The position numbers were made by a program, and so were the translations under genes. Below, piece after piece: positions 26,659 through 34,514 of a stretch of DNA of 41,402 nt (positions are counted from its first letter, which is position 1; each line of letters begins with the position of its first letter). The notes under the pieces are model-generated. The model did not search any database. It saw only the letters and a list, made by a program, of their open reading frames with translations, and was not told where the DNA came from. This stretch comes from Thermotogota bacterium (GTDB lineage Bacteria; Bipolaricaulota; Bipolaricaulia; UBA7950; UBA9294), in contig JBDKUT010000062.1 in the NCBI GenBank assembly GCA_039679545.1, forward strand, positions 1-41,402. The letters run 5' to 3'.

Positions 26659-27276
26659 CTACTCGGCCGCGTCAAGCGGCTTCCCGGTGTCCAGGCGCGC
26701 GGCCTCAACGTATCCGGTGCCGATCGGCGAACCGACGCGGTAGTAGCGGTTGTCAAGAGCGTAGAGGATCGGATCGAGGGCGCGGACGTCGGGGAGATTG
26801 GGCTCTGCGGCCCCTTCGGAAACGGCTCTCTCGGGGATGAGTTTCTCGGAGAGATGAGCCTCAAGGACCTCAGCGACGAAGAAGTGGCGGTGCTGGATCG
26901 TCCCGTCGTGCAGCACGCGGCACTCGAGGTTCACAGGGCAATCGTCGATGAGCGGCACGGGAAGGACGTCGCCGAGCTTCCAGGCGACAAGCTTCGACTT
27001 GTCTACGTCTCGACCCGAGACCGTTCCGAAGTAGTCGACGAGGGAAAGTTGGGTCGTCGTGGGAACGTTGATGCTGAATTCGTGGTGGTCGCGCAGCCCG
27101 CGCGTCGTGAAGTGACCCTCCCCGAGCGAGACCGCAACAAGAGCCGGACGGACCCCCATGATCGCGCAGTCGCCGATCGTAGCGAAGTTCGCTCGCCCGT
27201 CGACCATCGCGCCAACCAGAACAATGGGTACGGGGTACAGACATTGCACCGGGCCGAGGCGCTTCTTGTTCGTCAC
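26659..27276 (-). CDS. Flavin reductase-like / flavoredoxin family protein
   Basis: [42 protein letters not shown] and FVAEV, typical of FMN-binding split-barrel proteins. Confidence 0.85.
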   Translation of the reverse strand: MTNKKRLGPVQCLYPVPIVLVGAMVDGRANFATIGDCAIMGVRPALVAVSLGEGHFTTRGLRDHHEFSINVPTTTQLSLVDYFGTVSGRDVDKSKLVAWKLGDVLPVPLIDDCPVNLECRVLHDGTIQHRHFFVAEVLEAHLSEKLIPERAVSEGAAEPNLPDVRALDPILYALDNRYYRVGSPIGTGYVEAARLDTGKPLDAAE

Positions 27277-27461
27277 GATTGATCACCAAAGGCCGGGCGT
27301 CCCGGCTCTCGTCAGAAGCCTATCCACCAGGGCGTCTCGCTTGCGTCCCCTGGTCGGCGAGTGGAGCCTACGCTAGACTCTCGTTTCACGCGTGCGTGGG
27401 CACGCAGATCCCTTTCCCTCGAGGAGGTTCCGGAGATGGGGCAGTAGGGCGGAACAAGGAT

Positions 27462-29159
27462 ATGGAGAACACGACGACTGACTTCGTCCGCGAGATTGTG
27501 CGAGAGGACCTGCGCCTGGGAAAGAACAACCGCAAGGTCCAAACCCGGTGGCCGCCGGAGCCGAACGGGTACATCCACGTCGGCCACGCGAAGGGGTTTC
27601 TCCTCGCGTACGGGATCGCCCAGGAGTTCGGCGGCACGTTCAACCTTCGTTTCGATGACACCAACCCCGCGAAAGAGGAGCAGGAGTTTGTGGACGGGAT
27701 CATCGAGGACATGCGGTGGCTTGGCGTTAAGTGGCAGAACGTCTTCTTCGCCTCCGACTACTTCGGCCAGCTGTACGAGTGGGCGGAGCTCCTAGTTCAA
27801 GCGGGGAAGGCCTACGTCTGCGATCTCTCGCCCGAAGAGGTGAGCGCCTATCGCGGCACGGCCATCGAGAAGGACGGGCAAATCATCACGCCTCCAGGAA
27901 AGGACAGCCCCTACCGCAACCGCTCCCGGGAGGAGAACCTCGACTTGTTCCGTCGGATGCGGGCGGGCGAATTCCCCGACGGAGCCAGGACGCTGCGCGC
28001 GAAGATCGACATGGCCCATCCGAACTTGAATATGCGCGATCCCGTCATGTACCGGATCCTGCGCGCGACGCACCACCGCCAGGGCGACGCCTGGTGCATC
28101 TACCCGACCTACGACTGGGCTCACGGCCAGTCAGATGCCATCGAAGGCGTCACGCATTCCACGTGCGACCTCGGGTTTGAGAACCATCGTCCTCTGTACG
28201 ACTGGTTCCTCGACCAACTCCCGATTCGCACGCGCCCGCGGCAGATCGAGTACGGTCGACTCAACCTGAGCCACACCGTGATGAGCAAGCGGTGGCTGCG
28301 GCAGTTGGTCGAGGGCGGGCACGTCAACGGCTGGGACGACCCGCGGCTGCCGACCCTCCGAGGCATGCGTCGCCGCGGCTACACGCCGGAAGGGATCCGG
28401 GCTTTCGTCCGTGCGACGGGGGTCACGAAATCCCAGGGGATCGTCGACGCCGCCCTCCTCGAGCACTTCCAGAGGCAAGACCTGAACACCACGTCACCGC
28501 GCGTCATGGCCGTCTTGGACCCAGTGCGTCTTGTGGTCACGAACTACCCTGAAGGGCAAGTCGAGTGGCTGGAGGCAGTGAACAACCCCGAGAACCCCGC
28601 GGCGGGGACGCGGAAGGTTCCATTCTCTCGTGATCTCTTCATCGAACGTGAGGACTTCCTCGAGAACCCGCCGAGCAAGTTCTTCCGGCTTGCCCCCGGG
28701 CGCGAGGTTCGGCTGCGCTACGCCTACTTCGTCCGTTGCGAGGAGGTCGTAAAAGACAAGCGCGGCGAGGTCGTGGAGATCCGGTGCACGTACGATCCCT
28801 CGACACGAGGCGGCGACGCCCCGGACGGGAGGAAGGTGAAAGCGACGCTGCATTGGGTCTCGGCGACGCACGCCGTCGACCTCGAGGCTCGCCTCTACGA
28901 CCATCTCTTCTCCGCCGAGGACCCGACGGGCGTCGCGGGGGACACGTCCTGGCTCGACAACCTGAACCCGAACTCGCTTGTGGTCTGCCGCGGCAAGGGC
29001 GAGCCGAGCTTGCGGAACGCAAAACCCTCCGACCGCTTCCAGTTCGAGCGGAAGGGGTACTTCTGCGCTGACCCCGATTCGTCGGAGAGCAGGCTCGTGT
29101 TCAACCGAACCGTGGGGCTTCGCGACACGTGGGCGAAGGCCCAGGGCACGCCGGAGTAG
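27462..29159 (+). CDS. glnS: Glutamine--tRNA ligase
   Basis: [15 protein letters not shown] (HIGH), [42 protein letters not shown] and FQFER. RBS AAGGA before ATG 27462. Confidence 0.95.
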   Translation: MENTTTDFVREIVREDLRLGKNNRKVQTRWPPEPNGYIHVGHAKGFLLAYGIAQEFGGTFNLRFDDTNPAKEEQEFVDGIIEDMRWLGVKWQNVFFASDYFGQLYEWAELLVQAGKAYVCDLSPEEVSAYRGTAIEKDGQIITPPGKDSPYRNRSREENLDLFRRMRAGEFPDGARTLRAKIDMAHPNLNMRDPVMYRILRATHHRQGDAWCIYPTYDWAHGQSDAIEGVTHSTCDLGFENHRPLYDWFLDQLPIRTRPRQIEYGRLNLSHTVMSKRWLRQLVEGGHVNGWDDPRLPTLRGMRRRGYTPEGIRAFVRATGVTKSQGIVDAALLEHFQRQDLNTTSPRVMAVLDPVRLVVTNYPEGQVEWLEAVNNPENPAAGTRKVPFSRDLFIEREDFLENPPSKFFRLAPGREVRLRYAYFVRCEEVVKDKRGEVVEIRCTYDPSTRGGDAPDGRKVKATLHWVSATHAVDLEARLYDHLFSAEDPTGVAGDTSWLDNLNPNSLVVCRGKGEPSLRNAKPSDRFQFERKGYFCADPDSSESRLVFNRTVGLRDTWAKAQGTPE

Positions 29160-29184
29160 GCTGACACTCCCGACCTTGGAATGA

Positions 29185-29212
29185 GCGGGCGCTCGCCTCG
29201 GTGGGCGCCCGC
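29185..29212 (+). terminator. GC-rich stem-loop downstream of glnS
   Basis: GCGGGCGCTCGC-ctcg-GTGGGCGCCCGC (12 bp including G-U pairs), with a weak U-tract. Confidence 0.45.
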
Positions 29213-29281
29213 GTGCTCGTTGTTGCACCGACTCGCCGACCTCGTGTAGGATCTCCTCCCGAAGACCTTGAGGGGGTTCGG

Positions 29282-30052
29282 GTGAAGCGAGACTCGGCGA
29301 AGACGTCGGCAACGGCCCATGACGGGCCGTTTTTTTCTACCTCGAGCGGACGCTTGGACTCGCGGACCGTCGCCGGAGGGTACGCGCGGATCGCCGTGAG
29401 CGTCGATCCCGCCCTGGCTACACCCCGTCCTGGGCAATTCGTGCTCCTGCGCCTGCGAGAGGGACCGGCGCTTCCGCGCGCCTTCTCCGTTCTGACGGCC
29501 GAGGCAGGGTGCCTTGAGTTCTTCTTGAAGCTGGACGGAGCTCTGCGCGAGGCCTTGGGGCGAGCGGCGATCGGAACGGAGGTCGTCGTGCGAGGACCGT
29601 ACGGCACCCCGTACGAAAGCCGCATCGGCCGCGAGTGTCGCTACGTTCTCGTCGGGGGAGGGAGCGGGATCGCTCCGCTCCTTCACTTCGCGGCCGTGCA
29701 TCCAGAACTGGTAGAGGCGGTCGCGTTCGGGGTTCGGGGCCGAGGCGTGCGCGACCTCCTGCCGGGGATCGACCTTGCGGTCGAAGAGGAGAACGGCGAG
29801 ATGGCCGCCGAGCGCCTTCGAGAACGCTGGAACCGGGGCCTCGGGATCCTTGCGTGCGGTCCCGAACCGATGCTTCGAGACATCGCGCGGCAGTATGCGG
29901 GGGAGCCGAACACGTACGTCTCGCTGGAGACGAGGATTGGATGCGGATTCGGCGCCTGCCAGGGGTGCAGCATCGAGACACGCTCCGGGATGCAACGTGT
30001 CTGCCGTGACGGCCCCCTGTTTGCCTGTTCGGAGGTCTCGTGGCTGCCTTGA
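29282..30052 (+). CDS. pyrK: Dihydroorotate dehydrogenase electron transfer subunit
   Basis: PGQF, RAFS, GPYG, VGGGSGIAPL, ACGPEPM and CGFGACQGC...VCRDGP ([2Fe-2S]). GTG 29282 follows SD GAGGGGG; start is uncertain. Confidence 0.88.
   Translation: MKRDSAKTSATAHDGPFFSTSSGRLDSRTVAGGYARIAVSVDPALATPRPGQFVLLRLREGPALPRAFSVLTAEAGCLEFFLKLDGALREALGRAAIGTEVVVRGPYGTPYESRIGRECRYVLVGGGSGIAPLLHFAAVHPELVEAVAFGVRGRGVRDLLPGIDLAVEEENGEMAAERLRERWNRGLGILACGPEPMLRDIARQYAGEPNTYVSLETRIGCGFGACQGCSIETRSGMQRVCRDGPLFACSEVSWLP
29311..29336 (+). terminator. Intrinsic-terminator-like hairpin with T7 tract at the 5' end of the pyr operon (putative attenuator)
   Basis: AACGGCCC-atgac-GGGCCGTT followed by further T's, 7 T in total. 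Lies downstream of candidate promoter TTGCAC(29223)-18-TAGGAT(29247). Confidence 0.55.
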
Positions 30053-30963
30053 CGGTTCGTGCCTTGGGACTCGAGTTTCGAAACCCCGTGGTCCTCGCAT
30101 CGGGGCCGGCGGGGTTCGGTCTGGAACTCGCGGAGTCGTTCGACCTGGCCAAGGTCGGCGCGCTCACCACAAAGACGGTGACCCTCGAGCCTCGCGCGGG
30201 AAACCCGCAGCCGCGACTCGTGGACGCGCCGTGTGGCGTTCTCAATTCCATCGGACTGCAGAATCCCGGATGTGACGCGTTCCATGCGGAGCTTCTCCCG
30301 AAGATCCGCGCCTTCCCAACGAAGCGCATCGTCAGCATCGCCGGGCGAAGCCCGGAGGAGCTCGGATCTCTGGCGGCTTGCCTCTCGGAAGAGCCCGGGG
30401 TCGACGCCCTCGAGGTGAACCTGTCTTGTCCGAACGTGCGGGGCGAGACGGTGGCCGACGATCCCCAGAGCGTGCGGTCGTTCGTCAGCAGCGCTCGGTC
30501 CGCGGCAGCTGGTCCCCTTCTCGTGAAACTCCCCGGCGAAGGGAACTACCTCGACCTCGTGGACGCGGCCCTCTCCGCGGGTGCCGACGGCGTCGCGCTG
30601 ATCAACGCCCTTCGCGGAATGAGGATTCACACCGAGACAGGCCTCCCGCTGCTGGACCGCCAGGTGGGTGGGCTTTGCGGTCCAGCGATCTTCCCGATCG
30701 CCCTTCACCGGGTGTTCGAGGCACGGAAGGCGTTTCCGGAGGCCGTGATCGTCGGAACGGGCGGCATCTCCGATCTGCGCAGCGCTCTCGAGATGCTCTG
30801 CGCTGGAGCGGACCTCGTCGGCCTTGGGTTCGCCGTGATGGCTGACCCGGACGCCGTCTTCCGCCTGGAGCGGGAGCTGGACGAATGGCTGACGGCCCGC
30901 GAAATCTCGAATGTCAAGGAACTGCGCGGCACAGCGCACCGAGGGGGAATCCATGTTCGTTGA
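30040..30963 (+). CDS. pyrD: Dihydroorotate dehydrogenase family 1B catalytic subunit
   Basis: NPVVLASG, TTKTVT, GNPQPR, NSIGLQNPG, EVNLSCPN and GTGGI. Confidence 0.93.
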   Translation: MAALTVRALGLEFRNPVVLASGPAGFGLELAESFDLAKVGALTTKTVTLEPRAGNPQPRLVDAPCGVLNSIGLQNPGCDAFHAELLPKIRAFPTKRIVSIAGRSPEELGSLAACLSEEPGVDALEVNLSCPNVRGETVADDPQSVRSFVSSARSAAAGPLLVKLPGEGNYLDLVDAALSAGADGVALINALRGMRIHTETGLPLLDRQVGGLCGPAIFPIALHRVFEARKAFPEAVIVGTGGISDLRSALEMLCAGADLVGLGFAVMADPDAVFRLERELDEWLTAREISNVKELRGTAHRGGIHVR

Positions 30964-31732
30964 CCAGCTGAAGAGGGCCGAGAGGGAGACCCAGGGAAGG
31001 CTTTGCGTCGGCCTTGACCCTCATCCCGCGATCGTCCCGGGCGGGGGCTCGAAGGCTCGCGCCGTGGGGCGATTCCTCGACGCGGTGATCTTGCAGACGA
31101 AGGACGACGCTTCTGTCTACAAACCGAACAGCGCGTTCTTCGAAGCGCTGGGATCGGACGGCGTCGCTCTTCTCCGGCGAACAGTCGATCGGATCCACGA
31201 TGCCGGGCGTCTTGCGATCCTCGACGCCAAGAGGGGCGACATCGCCTCGACGGCGGCGGCCTACGCTCGTGCGGCCCACGACGTGCTGGCGGCGGACGCG
31301 ATCACCGTCGTCCCGTACATGGGGGAGGACGCCATCGTCCCGTTTCTCGACAGCGGGCTTGCGGTCTTCGTCGTCGCTCTTCCCTCGAACACGGCCGCGG
31401 CACTCATCGTCGATCACGGCTCGCCTCCGCTGTACGTCCGCGTGGCTGAGCTGGCGGCTCGCCTCGCGGAGCGATTTCCCGGGCAGGTAGGGTTGGTCGT
31501 GGGCGCGACGAGTCCCTCCAAGGCGCGTTCGCTGCGCGACATCGGCCCAGCTCTGCCGTGGCTCGTGCCAGGAATCGGGGCGCAGGGCGGGGAGCTTGAG
31601 GCGTTCCTCGACGCCGCCGGCGGCGACCGCACGCTCGTCTTCAACGTGTCCCGCGGCATCCTCGCGGCAGAGCACCCGCGCGATGCCGCCCGAACCTACA
31701 GAGAAGCGATGGGGAGGACCCATGACCGATGA
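30953..31732 (+). CDS. pyrF: Orotidine-5'-phosphate decarboxylase
   Basis: LCVGLDP, YKPNSAFFE, ILDAKRGDIAST, GLVVGAT, LVPGIGAQGG and NVSRGI. Confidence 0.94.
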   Translation: MFVDQLKRAERETQGRLCVGLDPHPAIVPGGGSKARAVGRFLDAVILQTKDDASVYKPNSAFFEALGSDGVALLRRTVDRIHDAGRLAILDAKRGDIASTAAAYARAAHDVLAADAITVVPYMGEDAIVPFLDSGLAVFVVALPSNTAAALIVDHGSPPLYVRVAELAARLAERFPGQVGLVVGATSPSKARSLRDIGPALPWLVPGIGAQGGELEAFLDAAGGDRTLVFNVSRGILAAEHPRDAARTYREAMGRTHDR

Positions 31733-32324
31733 GAAGCGATGGCTCGATCTGTTGCAGGCGACGGGAGCGGTCCAGTCCGGTGACTTCCTTCTCTCCTCGG
31801 GACGGCACTCCGGCCGCTACGTCCAGTGCGCCAAGGTGTTGGAGAATCCCGCGAACGCCGAGACCCTCGGAGCCGCCCTCGCGGCGAGCCTGCCGAAGGA
31901 AATTGACCGCGTGGCGTCGCCTCCGCTGGGAGGTATCCTGATTGGGTACGAGGTGGCGCGCGCCCTGGGCCGTCCGTTCCTCTTCCCGGAGCGCGGGCCG
32001 GACGGCAGGTTCCAGCTTCGCCGCGGATTCACCCTGCGTGCCGGAGAACGGATCTGCATCGTCGAAGACGTCGTAACAACCGGGCGGACCACGCGCGAGC
32101 TGATCGACCTCGTCCGGGGGTTCGGCGCCGAGCCGGTCTGCTCGGCGGCCATCGTCGACCGATCCGAGACCCACGCGGTGGAAGGGATGCCGATTCACGC
32201 GCTCGTTCACCTGAGCATTCCCACCTATACGTACTCGGAGTGTCCGCTGTGCGCCTTGGGAACCCCGCTCTACCAGCCCGGAAGCCGCAAGGACCCGACG
32301 AAAAGGGGGCCGAATGAGGGTTGA
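31722..32324 (+). CDS. pyrE: Orotate phosphoribosyltransferase
   Basis: GDFLLSSGRHS..YVQC, PRPP motif IVEDVVTTGRT and C-terminal CPLC...PGSR. Confidence 0.93.
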   Translation: MTDEKRWLDLLQATGAVQSGDFLLSSGRHSGRYVQCAKVLENPANAETLGAALAASLPKEIDRVASPPLGGILIGYEVARALGRPFLFPERGPDGRFQLRRGFTLRAGERICIVEDVVTTGRTTRELIDLVRGFGAEPVCSAAIVDRSETHAVEGMPIHALVHLSIPTYTYSECPLCALGTPLYQPGSRKDPTKRGPNEG

Positions 32325-32847
32325 CATCCTCGAGGAGCACGGGTACGAGTCCGCCTTGCTCGGGCTGTCGCTCTCCTACCGACAGGACCTGGAGCGAATG
32401 CCCGCCGTGGCTCAGCGCCTGCGCTTCCTCGGGGGCGGGCACAACAAGTTCCTGGAGTCCATCGTCGTGTGGCTCGACATGACGGCGCCGCGGTACTTCT
32501 GGCAGCAGTTCGACACGTACCGAGTCGGCGTGACCAAGCAGAGCGAGTCCACCATGCACACACTGGCGTCGCGGCCGCTCTCTCAGGATGACTTCGCCCA
32601 CCCCGTCCCCGCCGACTACCTCGACCACCTGAACGGACTCATCGCGGCGAACGATTGGGAGGAAGCGAAAGCAGGAGTGCCGGAGTCGCTCCTGCAGCGA
32701 CGCGTCGTGTGTCTAAACTACATGGTTCTTCAGCGGATGACCCGGCAGCGAAAGACGCACCGCCTGCCAGAATGGCACCTGTTTGTGGCGCGGGTGCTGG
32801 AAGGGGTCCAGCACCCGGAGTTGCTCGAAGATGAGGGAGGATCGTGA
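32314..32847 (+). CDS. ThyX-like (flavin-dependent thymidylate synthase fold) protein with non-canonical motif
   Basis: GH.KFLE, APRYFWQQFDTYR...SESTMH, PES..Q.R....NY..L....R..HRL.EW align with the ThyX architecture, but RHRx7SxR is replaced. Coupled to pyrE and dcd. Confidence 0.72.
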   Translation: MRVDILEEHGYESALLGLSLSYRQDLERMPAVAQRLRFLGGGHNKFLESIVVWLDMTAPRYFWQQFDTYRVGVTKQSESTMHTLASRPLSQDDFAHPVPADYLDHLNGLIAANDWEEAKAGVPESLLQRRVVCLNYMVLQRMTRQRKTHRLPEWHLFVARVLEGVQHPELLEDEGGS

Positions 32848-33407
32848 TGGGGTACGGAGTGCTTTCGGATCGCGAGATCGCGGCGCTGTGTGCGGGAGAG
32901 GCACCCATGTTGTCTCCGTTCGTCGCGCGCCAGGAAGGGAAGCCGTCGTACGGACTCGGGAGTTACGGGTACGACCTTCGCCTCGGGCGGCGGCTCCTCG
33001 TGCCGCTCGGCGGGCTGAACGTTGTGCTCGACCCGGTCATGTTCCCTGTGAACCACTTTCGCGCCGTGGAGGTCGACAAGACGTTCGAGCTGGCGCCAAA
33101 TGCCCAAGTTCTGGCGGAGTCCGTCGAGTGGTTCCGCATGCCGGACGACGTCTGCGGGGTGTGCTGGGGCAAGAGCTCGTACGCTCGCTGCGGCCTCCTG
33201 GTCAACGTGACGCCTCTCGAACCCGGGTGGCGAGGCATCCTGACCATCGAACTCGCGAACGTGTCTCCGCTCCCGATTCGTCTGCACATCGGTCAGGGAA
33301 TCGCCCAGGTCGTCTTCTTTCGCGGCGAGCGCCCCAATCGGACGTACGGAGAAAAGGAAGCAGGCGGCGGGTATCAGGATCAGCCTGGCGTCACGCTTCC
33401 GCGGTAG
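32847..33407 (+). CDS. dcd: dCTP deaminase
   Basis: VLSDREI, SYGLGSYGYDLRL, GKSSYARCG, PLEPGWRGILTIEL, GIAQ and YQDQPGVTLPR. Confidence 0.94.
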   Translation: MGYGVLSDREIAALCAGEAPMLSPFVARQEGKPSYGLGSYGYDLRLGRRLLVPLGGLNVVLDPVMFPVNHFRAVEVDKTFELAPNAQVLAESVEWFRMPDDVCGVCWGKSSYARCGLLVNVTPLEPGWRGILTIELANVSPLPIRLHIGQGIAQVVFFRGERPNRTYGEKEAGGGYQDQPGVTLPR

Positions 33408-33521
33408 CCCCGATGAACTCGACGCCCGCCGCGGTCGATGGTGTATCCTTTCGGTCTGTCGCTCGGCCGCAAGGGTCGCCCGGCGACCGGTGCTCGGGGT
33501 CGAGGTGCCGAAGGGGGAACG

Positions 33522-34514
33522 ATGAACTGCACGATAAGAACCTTCTGGTTCGCACTGATCGTGATCGTGACGGGCGCGTCGCTTGGGAGCGTTGCGACTC
33601 CCGTTTCGTCACGGTACGTCGACGTTGACGTTGAGGTGTTTCGGTCTTGGGGGCTGCTGGGGCTCGGCACGTGGGAGCCGCTCGGCGCGCGCTTCCTGTC
33701 CATGGACATCGCTCGCCTCGAGGCGTCCGACCAAGCCCAGCTTCAGGAGATCGTCGGTGGGTGCCAGAGCGGAACGTGGAGCGAACTCGGTTCGTGCTCA
33801 GCGCTCGCGACCGTCCAGTACATGTTCGAGCGGCATTACGCGGTCGAGCCGGTGCTCGGATCGCTCTATCGGGTCACCCTTACGAACCGAACCACGGGCC
33901 TGCTCGGTGTCGTGCTGGCGATCGACGGTCTGAACACGAACGGCAGCGGCGAAGTCGCCGGGACCGCCAAGGACAAGAAGTGGATTCTCCTGCCGAAGCA
34001 GACCGTGCGGATCACGGGGTGGCAGGTGAGCTCGGACGAAGCGCTGCAGTTCCGGTTTGCCACACCGAGTCAGGCCCACTCCTCGCTCGACGCGCTGCGT
34101 GGCTCGATCCGCGTGTACGTCTACCTCCCGGATCCCCGCGGCGACGCGGCCAAGGGAACCGGGGCCGGAGCGGTGATCGACCAACCTACAGTCCTGATCC
34201 CGTTTACGTCCGCAACGTTCCTGCCGATCGACGCAGTTGCCCTGACCTACGCTCGCACGTCGGTGTCGCTCGGCATTCTGTGTGAAGAAACGGGTGGAAC
34301 GGGAATTCGGATCAGCTCGGTCGTCGCCGGGACCATCGCCGAGTTGCGCGGCCTGCGCATCGGAGACGTGATTACGTACGCGAACGGCGTTCCCATCAAC
34401 ACGTGCGCCGACCTCGCGGCGTACCTTGCCACGCGGCGCGCCGGCGACCGGGTTGTTCTTAAGGTCCACCGCGCCGACGCCGTCCTCCTCATCACCCTGG
34501 AGCTGGAAGAATAG
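33522..34514 (+). CDS. Secreted protein with C-terminal PDZ domain
   Basis: N-terminal hydrophobic signal and C-terminal GIRISSVVAGTIAELRGLRIGDVITYANG...GDRVVLKVHR (PDZ). RBS AAGGGGG. Confidence 0.78.
   Translation: MNCTIRTFWFALIVIVTGASLGSVATPVSSRYVDVDVEVFRSWGLLGLGTWEPLGARFLSMDIARLEASDQAQLQEIVGGCQSGTWSELGSCSALATVQYMFERHYAVEPVLGSLYRVTLTNRTTGLLGVVLAIDGLNTNGSGEVAGTAKDKKWILLPKQTVRITGWQVSSDEALQFRFATPSQAHSSLDALRGSIRVYVYLPDPRGDAAKGTGAGAVIDQPTVLIPFTSATFLPIDAVALTYARTSVSLGILCEETGGTGIRISSVVAGTIAELRGLRIGDVITYANGVPINTCADLAAYLATRRAGDRVVLKVHRADAVLLITLELEE

Noticed and set aside
27277..27461. Possible T-box or riboswitch upstream of glnS (hairpins GCCGGG/CCCGGC, ACCAGGG/CCCTGGT)
   Set aside because: No T-box UGGNACC motif or terminator U-tract, and the region is too short. 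Hairpins are unremarkable at this GC.
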